DNA of 32,000 nucleotides from Candidatus Pacearchaeota archaeon (GTDB taxonomy: Archaea > Nanobdellota > Nanobdellia > Pacearchaeales > UBA284): the NCBI GenBank assembly GCA_026016245.1, contig CP061211.1, positions 600,001 through 632,000 on the forward strand, given 5' to 3'. Below, in pieces: positions 20,201 to 26,675 of the stretch. Made by a program: the position numbers and the translations under genes. How positions within the stretch are numbered: the first letter of the stretch is position 1; the number at the start of each line of letters is the position of its first letter. The notes under the pieces were generated by a model. The model had not been told where the DNA came from. It worked only from the letters and a program-made list of their open reading frames with translations, and did not search any database.

Positions 20201-20847
20201 GTGATCAGACAAGTGATATTCTTGTAAAATTCACGCAAGATCTTGTTCATAATAAACAGATTGGAAGAGGAGAACAAGGTCAGAACACTAGTGTTAATTG
20301 GATAGTTTATATGCCTTTTGAAAATATCACTAATAACACAGATTACTTGCTTAAGATTGGAGATATCGTGGATTATGTTGCTTATTGGGATGCAGAAAAA
20401 CAAAAACAATTAGGAAGTGCTAGAGGTTATAAGGCAGGAATCCCATTAATAACTACAGGTGCTTTTGAACTTGAATCAGGAAGGCCTTACTTTGTTTCTT
20501 CAAGTGAAAAAACAGATAGGATAACCTGGGTTGGAAGAATTCCTGAGCATGTTACTTTCCACTTAAAATATGTGCCTGGAACTTTTAGTGAAAATTATAT
20601 GTCCTTACCTTTAGATACTTTTTTAAAGAAAGCAGTTGATATTTGTGATGCTTTAGGTCTAGGAGATGATGGGAGTGTTGCTACTTGGGATCCAATAACA
20701 CAAAAATATGTTAACGAGGAAGCATCAAGGTGTGGGTTTATTAGAAGCCCCATTGGGGGAAATAGTGCGCTTAATTTTGATTTAAATCCTGGACAAGTTT
20801 ATGAAGTTGCAGGGTTAGAACAAGATATAACTTGGAAACAAGAATAA
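14278..20847 (+). CDS. Giant (2189 aa) cell-surface protein: TM/signal, Thr/Glu/Pro-rich repeat region, beta-sandwich-like region, two parallel beta-helix modules, poly-Gly linker, Cys-rich modules, C-terminal domain
   Basis: N-terminal TM VTAIIFFIVLIGLVFFMFFI. NITEQNITEQNITEEN repeats. Two CQGHTINYSA/CDGYTINYSA beta-helix starts followed by many N-N-x-I-T repeats. GGGGGGG linker. CGDNACDPDENCYNCPEDCGECC and CGNNICGLGENYCNCPEDC modules. Confidence 0.92.
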   Translation: MMLKEDNSKINKVTAIIFFIVLIGLVFFMFFIKPVITAKAIALEKEFFMPNEKIKGNFTLILKEGELIPSNTKILIELDGQQQRELTIKEFIELSNLDIEEEQGGFFIPKTRISGAGFGYGKAGHYVVYPDVDFQLKIISPTEEEVTEIEEPTEESTEENITEQNITEQNITEENKTEVPEENITEIKEEPTEEATEAEEEPAEEENSGENENLEEDVINSLSIFAILNKFFSFWGAFTIVEESGNVKIIEASCSLDEPFYYELGEGEQAELMEGSVRIDGEIVRDNKVDIDIKDDVLTVSTDYFESYEGFGEAYLGDDYEITLNLNVLDLNIEKEGTHTLTITLVYEDEELMNASEEIEVKPESITIKIIDKDGNIEDEILASSTKIKIKIRKIVVGGEEEHEIEIEDNVISITGAAIIETKQALPESEIIFIDFPDNTIIQIDEPTIEQKAKGFATEVFAIEPGSEIEIETATITLEKFTSDTIASILYCEDWNINNFNCDGNWMNSGLEFLDNGTHISFETDHFTAYIGAGNMTCPYFANDSVILVESVACNGTAFIINSSNVEIDCQGHTINYSATTLGYGINNTAGFDNVTIKNCIIKQTNFSIAYAYGIYLKNGIVNITIHNNTILTYAYASYAIYQTLPYTGSDNITVTDNIVNGGINLGYVPNCTVTGNNVTNSSFVVGGSGDSPYCQITDNNVSGGDAYFSGPYHNIEDNNFYDIGSVMIDGSHIYFSDNYISSSTDSGDGTLILDSSSITNNTVYSNIIVTSGDDDNDAVYLDGANDTNFSYNNITTDCVDCDGIVWEYPKVFNLAYNNITTNGNNSFGLMLSYAYSDVKNITNNTIKTYGASSGGIYLETTLNYDGPSKNVFRNNIIETAKGIAFNFSEDCNDPYDGHPSDIDTSNTAEGKPIYYYCNTTSTLIQDLDAGQILFGPVANDPNIVLENVSAEDGIFVSDGVSNLIIRDSTIDTSNQEKVAGIYIYWGDNINISNNNLINNYYGVFLSGSSNNITSNNISNNEYGILLKGSSYSYILSNIMDSNTIHILLNSTLGGHIESSNTVSLNNLSGGDYGIYLSDEENNDFENNKIENTDYGIYIYGTVSEQIGANAFTNNNVSNSSVYDFYLYYVNTPGFGNDPVINLTTGNVMSSFEAWNIALKNTTSPAADPSGYDNISKYLNITNNSADSWVFLNISYNESALGDINESSLEIWKHNGSWHNTTFYTTSGVNEASDYVFANITSFSIFAPFVKSTGGDIDSCQILNESGTYTLNQSVSSSGTCFTIENNSITLDCDGYTINYSATEKGYAINNTNGFDNVTIKNCNIKQTSSSYTHAYAIYYNNSVNSTIYNNIITTSGTFGWVIYLTTTSSFNITNNNITTLGGDGDAVYLFSSSNNNLTNNNITTFGSGGYALILSTNSSFNNLNNNTITTNGPESWGIHLASNSSFNTLINNTINVTTNPDDKIALYIDGSHHNVIDGGSISVTSSNNQYASVLITRSDNNIIKNSYIFSDSTYGLRVYWTGTGNTTIYNTIINSTWGPDIIYDNDVGGWTNLTNCSFNKSDVSFGSGSTGLINVKWYVDVYVNNTFGYPIYLAQVDLVDTNGNTETAMTNTSGYTERANVTEYYQNATGSYTYNNYTAKASKTGYYDSSKQVNLTTNAIRDDNTQVVLTLTKHSGGGGGGGTGYCGDNACDPDENCYNCPEDCGECCGNNICEPLYGEDYTNCWKDCCYPEGIEMPVLPNRTCCANLNRGIIYDMGCVANQNDQCEGCELIGSVVCVNCGNNICGLGENYCNCPEDCVEAILDCSQLPPLFVNIEWDWWPITPQTKLNWYQMPSPDIELLRTEVYSADKCIGSECNFVLEEVVNAPASEWSAHVSERLKFFTIIGKTKLGQGECKPEYYEQGVGNSNKPGWYNACTLELLKEETLMVAEPRAYCCYPEADSEGWYNVQCDQVKIPENLIRYSDCEEGEYALLCDQTSDILVKFTQDLVHNKQIGRGEQGQNTSVNWIVYMPFENITNNTDYLLKIGDIVDYVAYWDAEKQKQLGSARGYKAGIPLITTGAFELESGRPYFVSSSEKTDRITWVGRIPEHVTFHLKYVPGTFSENYMSLPLDTFLKKAVDICDALGLGDDGSVATWDPITQKYVNEEASRCGFIRSPIGGNSALNFDLNPGQVYEVAGLEQDITWKQE
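14740..14895 (+). repeat. Degenerate Glu/Thr/Pro/Asn-Ile-Thr coding repeats within the surface protein
   Basis: Repeated GAACAAAACATAACTGAACAAAACATAACAGAAGAA and related units encoding TEEPTEESTEENITEQNITEQNITEEN... Confidence 0.8.
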
Positions 20848-21711
20848 TTAATGAATAATCTTTATTGATTTCATAATTGTTTTTTCTGAATCTTCTGGTT
20901 TAAATTTCACAAAATAATGTCCTTGTGGCAAGTCCCCGGTATAAACTTTATTTCCCTTTACTTCTTTTACTTGACTTCCAATCATATTATAAATATTAAT
21001 TTTCCCAGATTGATTTAAATAGAAAAATTCATTAGCAGGATTTGGTCTAACATTTAACTTATCAACTTTTACTTTTTTTTCTAAATTTTCTTTTATACTT
21101 ACAGTATCAAGATTAAAACTTGCTAAAGTGTCAGCATCAAGGAATCTATGTTGAACTTCTCCTTTTGTAATTCCATATTTTCCTGGTGCTGCAGCTTCAA
21201 TAACTACGGTGTCTTCATCAACTAATCCTAAAGTAGAAGCATCGAAATAAATTTCATATGCCCAACTTGAAGAAGTTATATCAAATCTTCCATAAAGAGT
21301 ATCTAAACCATCTTGTTTGAAACATTTTGCATCAACACTATCTATTCCGCCATCAGTAACATCTCTCACTGAAATTCCATAACCGCCAACAAATGCTGTT
21401 GGTTGTAAAGTAAAATTTCCTCTACAAAACCATTTTAAATAAGAAGTATCTGAAGGGGCATCAAACCTAACTAATCCACTATCTCCAGGAGAAACTCCCC
21501 ATGCGTCTGGAACTGTCTTTACCCAGTAATTGGGAACAATCTGTCCAACCATTGTTTTTGCACTATCTAAACTATTAGGTTTGAAAAAAGTAACATTAGC
21601 GCTATCAGGGTAAGCCCACCCATCAAAGTTAGGTAAAGCATCAGCCAACTTAGGCAAGAGAAAAGTAACTCCAGCTAAGAATAATGTTAATAAAGTGCTT
21701 TTTAATCCCAT
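20848..21711 (-). CDS. Secreted protein with C-terminal type IX secretion (type A)-like sorting domain
   Basis: 287 aa. Signal peptide MGLKSTLLTLFLAGVTFLLPKLADA. C-terminus VRPNPANEFFYLNQSGKINIYNMIGSQVKEVKGNKVYTGDLPQGHYFVKFKPEDSEKTIMKSIKIIH matches the PNPA...IYN..G..V...DLP.G.YFVK...K..K pattern of T9SS type A domains. Confidence 0.85.
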   Translation of the reverse strand: MGLKSTLLTLFLAGVTFLLPKLADALPNFDGWAYPDSANVTFFKPNSLDSAKTMVGQIVPNYWVKTVPDAWGVSPGDSGLVRFDAPSDTSYLKWFCRGNFTLQPTAFVGGYGISVRDVTDGGIDSVDAKCFKQDGLDTLYGRFDITSSSWAYEIYFDASTLGLVDEDTVVIEAAAPGKYGITKGEVQHRFLDADTLASFNLDTVSIKENLEKKVKVDKLNVRPNPANEFFYLNQSGKINIYNMIGSQVKEVKGNKVYTGDLPQGHYFVKFKPEDSEKTIMKSIKIIH

Positions 21712-21787
21712 GTTTTTTTCAGGCCAATATGATATTTAAAGCTTTTGGTTTTACTACTTTTTAGGGGTTTCTTTTAGATATCTACGA

Positions 21788-21800
21788 AAAATATTTATAC
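21788..21800 (+). promoter_or_regulatory. Candidate archaeal BRE/TATA element (AAATATTTATAC) for the peptide-maturase operon
   Basis: AT-rich TATA-like element ~20-35 nt upstream of the possible start codons at 21815/21821/21827, consistent with leaderless or short-leader transcription. Confidence 0.45.
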
Positions 21801-21814
21801 CATGTAAGCTTATA

Positions 21815-22030
21815 ATGAAAATGGCTATGGAGAAAAAAACCCTTTTAGAAACAGAAAAAGAAAAAGCTTCACTAATTGGAAAAATAGATAATAAGATGGC
21901 TTTTGATAATGAACATTGCAGTTGTCAATGTGCCTGTGATTGTGTTTGTATATGTGATTGTGATACATATGATTCCTTAAAACAAAATAAAGAAAAAGCT
22001 CTTGAAAAAAATTATTGGAAATATTCTTAA
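21815..22030 (+). CDS. Putative RiPP precursor peptide with (Cys-X)8 core
   Basis: 71 aa: charged leader, then CSCQCACDCVCICDCD, then charged follower DTYDSLKQNKEKALEKNYWKYS. It lies directly upstream of a radical SAM/SPASM gene. Confidence 0.85.
   Translation: MKMAMEKKTLLETEKEKASLIGKIDNKMAFDNEHCSCQCACDCVCICDCDTYDSLKQNKEKALEKNYWKYS
21917..21964 (+). other. Segment encoding the (CX)8 tract CSCQCACDCVCICDCD
   Basis: Codons TGC AGT TGT CAA TGT GCC TGT GAT TGT GTT TGT ATA TGT GAT TGT GAT read directly. Confidence 0.95.
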
Positions 22031-22055
22031 TTGAGGGTAAGGGGGGAGATTTAAA

Positions 22056-23459
22056 ATGAAATTTAAATTATTTAGAAATCTCTATTTTAAAAAAGTTAAT
22101 TCTGATTATTGGGGAGTTTATCATCCATTTAATGAATATAAAATAATTTTTATTTCCTCTGATTTAAAAGCTGAACTTAAAAAATTCCAAAATTCTGGAG
22201 AAATATTGGAAAATAATCCTTTTAAGAACGAATTAGAAAAATTAAAAAAAGAATATTTTTTAGTTCCAGAATTATTTAATCATACAAAACCTATACAAAC
22301 TATTAGAGAAGGATTACCAAAAAAACCAAGTATAGGATTATTATATCTTCTTTTAACAGATTCATGTAATTTAAATTGTAGTTATTGTGCTATTGAAGAA
22401 AATTTAGAGAGTCTTTGTAAAAATTCTAAATTAAGAGCAAAGAACATGAGTATAAAAACTTGTGATAATGCAATTGATTTTTATGTTATGTGTAAAGATG
22501 ATAAATTACCAGAACATCGTGTGATATTTTATGGAGGAGAACCATTATTAAATGAAAAAGTTTTTAGACATGCTGTTTCTAGATTGAGAAGTGAAGAAAA
22601 AAAAGGAAATTTAAAAAATTTGGGGATGGTCATGAATACTAATGCAACAAAAGTAAATGAAGAAATTGCAGAATTCTTTGCTAAAAATAAAATAAGCCCA
22701 GCAGTCTCATTAGATGGTTATAAAGAAATTCATGATTCTCAGAGAAAAAACTTAAGAGGAAAAGGAAGTTACGATGAAACTATAAGAGGATATAAATTAT
22801 TTCAAAAGCATGGTATTCAACCGGGAATATCCTGTACAATTACAAAAAATAATATTGGAAAACTAGAAGAAATCGCAGAATTTTTTGTTGATAATCTTAA
22901 TCCAAATGGAATTGGTTTTAATCTTTTACTTGATTTTAAAGATAAAATTAATCCTTTAGCAGTTTCTGTTAAAAAAGCAACTAAAGCAATGTTAAAAAGT
23001 TTTGAATTTTTAAGAGAAAAAGGTGTTTTTGAAGAAAGAGTTATGAGGCGTCTTGGAAAAATAATTAAAAAAGAAATGCATCTAAAAGATTGTGCTGGTT
23101 ATGGTAGACAAGTTGTTGTTGCACCTGATGGAAGAATCGGTCCATGTCAGATAGCAATGGCTGCAGATTATCCTTCACCAGGAAATGTCAATGATTCTAA
23201 AATGTTTGATCCCAATGATAATGAATTGTTCTTAGAATGGAATAAAAGAACAGCATTCAATATGTCTCAGTGTGAAGATTGCAGTTTTATAACAATCTGT
23301 GGAGGAGGATGTGCATATCAGTCTTATATAAAAACAGGAAATATATGGCAAGTTGATAAAAGAATATGTGAACATTGTAAGGAATTAATAGATTGGGTTA
23401 TTGATGATTTATGGAAAACTAAACAAAAAAATATTCAATATGAGACCAGATTGGGATAA
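22056..23459 (+). CDS. Radical SAM/SPASM domain peptide maturase
   Basis: 467 aa: LTDSCNLNCSYC (CxxxCxxC radical SAM cluster), FYGGEPLLNE, and a SPASM-type C-terminus CAGYGRQVVVAPDGRIGPC...CEDCSFITICGGGC...CEHC. Confidence 0.95.
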   Translation: MKFKLFRNLYFKKVNSDYWGVYHPFNEYKIIFISSDLKAELKKFQNSGEILENNPFKNELEKLKKEYFLVPELFNHTKPIQTIREGLPKKPSIGLLYLLLTDSCNLNCSYCAIEENLESLCKNSKLRAKNMSIKTCDNAIDFYVMCKDDKLPEHRVIFYGGEPLLNEKVFRHAVSRLRSEEKKGNLKNLGMVMNTNATKVNEEIAEFFAKNKISPAVSLDGYKEIHDSQRKNLRGKGSYDETIRGYKLFQKHGIQPGISCTITKNNIGKLEEIAEFFVDNLNPNGIGFNLLLDFKDKINPLAVSVKKATKAMLKSFEFLREKGVFEERVMRRLGKIIKKEMHLKDCAGYGRQVVVAPDGRIGPCQIAMAADYPSPGNVNDSKMFDPNDNELFLEWNKRTAFNMSQCEDCSFITICGGGCAYQSYIKTGNIWQVDKRICEHCKELIDWVIDDLWKTKQKNIQYETRLG

Positions 23460-24033
23460 AGTTTATAAGAAAGGCCCCCATTGGGAAAGAAAACATTCTA
23501 AAGCAATAGAAGATTTTGTTAGATATTTAGAAAAAAGAGACAAAGTTCTTGATCTTGGCTGTGGGTCGGGCCGCGATGTTGTTTTTCTTGCTAGGAATGG
23601 ATTTGATGTTTATGGAATAGATATCTCTAAAGAAGCAATTAAAAAAGCAAGAAATAAAATTAAAGAAAAAGGTTTGAAAGCTTATTTTGATGTAGGAGAT
23701 TTAACTGCCTTGAAATTTGAAAACAATTTTTTTGATGCTATTTATTCTAATGCTGTTTTAAATTTCACACTACTTCAAGAAAGTTGTTCTGAAATCTATA
23801 GAATATTGAAAAAAGATGGCTTAGCATATCTTATATTTCTTTTAGATTACATTCCTTTATTTAATGATGGTAAGAATAAAGAGGATCATTCGTTTTATCC
23901 AGAAGATTTGATTTTACAAACTTATAAAAATTCAAAATTCAATATAATCTATAGCAAGAAATTCCTTTCACTAGATCTTGGGGGAGAAAAACCACATAAA
24001 CATAATATTTTGAACTTGCTTTTAAAAAAATGA
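23440..24033 (+). CDS. Class I SAM-dependent methyltransferase
   Basis: VLDLGCGSGRDVVFLARNGFDVYGIDISKEAIKKA (motif I) and FDAIYSNAVLNF. The probable start is 23440 (MRPDWDKVY), overlapping the upstream stop; the track gives 23401. Confidence 0.9.
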   Translation: MRPDWDKVYKKGPHWERKHSKAIEDFVRYLEKRDKVLDLGCGSGRDVVFLARNGFDVYGIDISKEAIKKARNKIKEKGLKAYFDVGDLTALKFENNFFDAIYSNAVLNFTLLQESCSEIYRILKKDGLAYLIFLLDYIPLFNDGKNKEDHSFYPEDLILQTYKNSKFNIIYSKKFLSLDLGGEKPHKHNILNLLLKK

Positions 24034-24794
24034 GGGGATTGCCGAAAATAGAATTTAAATTAGCATCTTTTAAATATAATTATCAAATTCTAAATTATTT
24101 TGTTTTTCATAAATCTCCAAAAATTAGAAAAAGAATTCTGAATGTTTATCCTGAATTAAGAAAAATTTATTCTATCAAAAAAAATACAGAAAGAGATAAA
24201 TTTATTAGAGAATTTTGTAAGAGACAATCATCAAAAAATTCTAAAGCAATAATGAAGAAAAAAGAAATTATCGATAAAGAATGGAGGAAAATACATACAC
24301 CATTTATGAAGGCATTGAGCAAAGTTTTAGAAATAAAATGGCCCAACACAAAGATAATAGGTTATCTTTCAATAGTTCCAGTTTATCCTAGACATCTCAA
24401 TAATTGGAGTTTTTCTTTTTATTATAAAGAAAATACTAAAGGCATTATTGCTGTAATAGCACACGAAATATCCCATTTTTTATATTTCAAAAAATTCAAA
24501 GAACTTTTTCCAAAAATCAATAAGAGAAGGTATGATATTCCTTATATAGAATGGTATCTTAGTGAAATGCTTGCTCCAATAATTTTAGCACATCCAAAAA
24601 TCAAAAAAATAATTGGAAAGCGAATACAAAGAGGTTATATTTTGAGAAAAAGAGAAAAATTATTATATAGAAAACTTCTTTTACTTTATAAAGATAGTTT
24701 GAAAAATAGAGAACCTTTTTCAGAATTCTTAAAGAAAACTTATAGATTAGTCAAAAGAATAAATAGAGGCTTTGTGGTTAAAGGCTTCCCATAA
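24030..24794 (+). CDS. Putative zinc metallopeptidase (HExxH) of the cluster
   Basis: 254 aa with IIAVIAHEISHFLYFKK and a downstream Glu in WYLSEMLAP. Overlaps the upstream methyltransferase stop by 4 nt. Confidence 0.7.
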   Translation: MRGLPKIEFKLASFKYNYQILNYFVFHKSPKIRKRILNVYPELRKIYSIKKNTERDKFIREFCKRQSSKNSKAIMKKKEIIDKEWRKIHTPFMKALSKVLEIKWPNTKIIGYLSIVPVYPRHLNNWSFSFYYKENTKGIIAVIAHEISHFLYFKKFKELFPKINKRRYDIPYIEWYLSEMLAPIILAHPKIKKIIGKRIQRGYILRKREKLLYRKLLLLYKDSLKNREPFSEFLKKTYRLVKRINRGFVVKGFP

Positions 24795-24840
24795 ATTTTC
24801 TTCTCAAAACCTTTTTAAATCCACTAAGCATATAATAATA

Positions 24841-25272
24841 ATGGCAAAAAAGAGGAAAGCAAAAAGAAAGAAAGTTAAAACTAGAAGAAAAGTTAGAAGA
24901 GTGAAAACTAGGGCAAGGGCAAAAAGAGTGGCAGTAACAAAAGCACCTACAACAGTGCAATCAGCTTACACACTTTGTGTTGCAGGCGGAATAATTGTAT
25001 TGATAGCTGGAGTTCTTGCTTTGTTTTTCAGCAGTGTATTTGCATTGACACAGATAGCAGGAACCCTTATTGACCATATAATTAGTTTGATATGTGGTGC
25101 TGTGTTGTTGATTACAGCATCATCAATTAAGAAAAGTCCAAAAAGCGCAGCAATTATAACTTTATTGTTTGGAGTTATTGCATTGATCTTTCCACCACAC
25201 GGATTTATTGTTGGTCCAATCTTATCTTTGATAGGATCAGTAATATTGCTAGTAAGAAGAAGATTAGAATAG
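24841..25272 (+). CDS. Small membrane protein with Lys/Arg-rich N-terminus
   Basis: MAKKRKAKRKKVKTRRKVRRVKTRARAKR..., then three to four hydrophobic segments. Start refined from the track's 24772. Confidence 0.7.
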   Translation: MAKKRKAKRKKVKTRRKVRRVKTRARAKRVAVTKAPTTVQSAYTLCVAGGIIVLIAGVLALFFSSVFALTQIAGTLIDHIISLICGAVLLITASSIKKSPKSAAIITLLFGVIALIFPPHGFIVGPILSLIGSVILLVRRRLE

Positions 25273-25281
25273 AATTAAAAA

Positions 25282-26421
25282 TTATTTCAGGAATTTAATT
25301 ATTTCAGGAATTCTTAGAAGTTTTTCTTTTCCTGTTTTCATATTTCTTAGTTTAATTTTTCCTTTTTTGATCTCTTCTGCTCCTATGAAAATTACAAAAG
25401 GAATTTTTTGTTTATTTGCATAATCCAGAGCTTTAGAAATTTTATCCATAATAAAACAAGATATATTTCTTTTCCTTAACTGTTCTGCAATTTTAATTGC
25501 TTCTTTCTCTTGTTTGATTGAAATAATAAGACATTTGATATTTTCAACTTTTATTTTTGTTATAGTACTTAATCTTTCTAGACCAAAAGAAATTCCTGTG
25601 CTTTGGATTCCATTGATAATATAAGAACCTCCCCCACCTATGCTTTCCTTAATCTTTTTCACTTTTATTTCAAAGACACTTCCGTTATAATAAGCCAAGC
25701 CGCGAGCAAGACTAGATAAGAATTTAACTTTTACGCCATAATTTTTGCAATATCTCTCTAACTCTTGAATTTCTTTGTATGCCTTATATTTCTTAAAGAA
25801 AGATTCAGGTTTTTTGAATAAAGTAAGGAGATTTTCTGCTTTGTATTTTTTCAGATTTTTCCTTACTTCTTGTTCTGAGAGCTTGTCTAATTTGTCTATT
25901 TCCTTAATAACCTGTTCTTTTTTCTTTATTCCTTCTTTTTCCAAAATTTCATTTATTAATTTTCTATTGTTTATGTAGATTTCAGTATCTATTTCCAATT
26001 CTTTTAGAATTTCTGAGAATAATTTAAGAATTTCAGCTTCATCTTTAGTTGTTGAGCCTATTACATCAACATCACACTGAGTAAATTCCCTAAATCTAGC
26101 TTTTGATACTGGTTCATCCCTAAAAACTTCCCCGATTTGATATCTTCTATAAGGTAATTTTTTGTTTTTCGCCAGTCTTTTAAGCTGGAATGTTAATTCA
26201 TATCTTAAAGCCAGCTTTCTTTTTCCCTTATCTTGAAGCTTGAAAATATCACTTATGATTTCATCTTCTCCTGCTTTTACAAATTTTTCATACTCAATAA
26301 CTGGAGTTTCAGCTGGAAGAAAGCCATAGGATTTGAATTTTTTTATTATGATTTCCTTGATTGCTTGTCTTTTCAGAGCTTCTTCTTCTGAAAAATCACG
26401 AAAGCCTTTTACTGTTTCCAT
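25282..26421 (-). CDS. hisS: Histidyl-tRNA synthetase
   Basis: 379 aa: METVKGFRDFSEEEALKRQAI, RRYQIGEVFRDEPVSKARFREFTQCDVDVIG, GLARGLAYYNGSVFEI, and a C-terminal anticodon-binding domain. Confidence 0.93.
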   Translation of the reverse strand: METVKGFRDFSEEEALKRQAIKEIIIKKFKSYGFLPAETPVIEYEKFVKAGEDEIISDIFKLQDKGKRKLALRYELTFQLKRLAKNKKLPYRRYQIGEVFRDEPVSKARFREFTQCDVDVIGSTTKDEAEILKLFSEILKELEIDTEIYINNRKLINEILEKEGIKKKEQVIKEIDKLDKLSEQEVRKNLKKYKAENLLTLFKKPESFFKKYKAYKEIQELERYCKNYGVKVKFLSSLARGLAYYNGSVFEIKVKKIKESIGGGGSYIINGIQSTGISFGLERLSTITKIKVENIKCLIISIKQEKEAIKIAEQLRKRNISCFIMDKISKALDYANKQKIPFVIFIGAEEIKKGKIKLRNMKTGKEKLLRIPEIIKFLK

Positions 26422-26456
26422 TTTATTTTTTACTTACCTCCTTTTTGCTTGGAGGG

Positions 26457-26529
26457 TGGTAGCTGGGAATCGGACCCAGACCACTCGGGCCACAGCCGAG
26501 CATACAGACCACTATACGACTACCACCAT
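26457..26529 (-). tRNA. tRNA-His (anticodon GUG)
   Basis: Reverse complement GGTGGTAGTCGTATAGTGGTCTGTATGCTCGGCTGTGGCCCGAGTGGTCTGGGTCCGATTCCCAGCTACCACC. Encoded G-1 pairs with C73; anticodon loop is CTGTGGC. Confidence 0.94.
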
Positions 26530-26675
26530 ATTTAATTTTAGTGATTGTGGCATTAAAAATCTTTTGAGAAATACAAGCACAGCTAGAGAAATTTATTCTA
26601 GTGATGAATAAACCTCCAGGAGATTTTCATTGTAAAGATTAAAAAGGGAAAAATATTTATAAACTTTTTGTATTA

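Noticed and set aside
21815-22030. Peptide ORF as a simple metallothionein
   Set aside because: Not fully excluded, because the CX tract could bind metal. The directly adjacent radical SAM/SPASM maturase, methyltransferase and peptidase make a modified-peptide precursor the better explanation.
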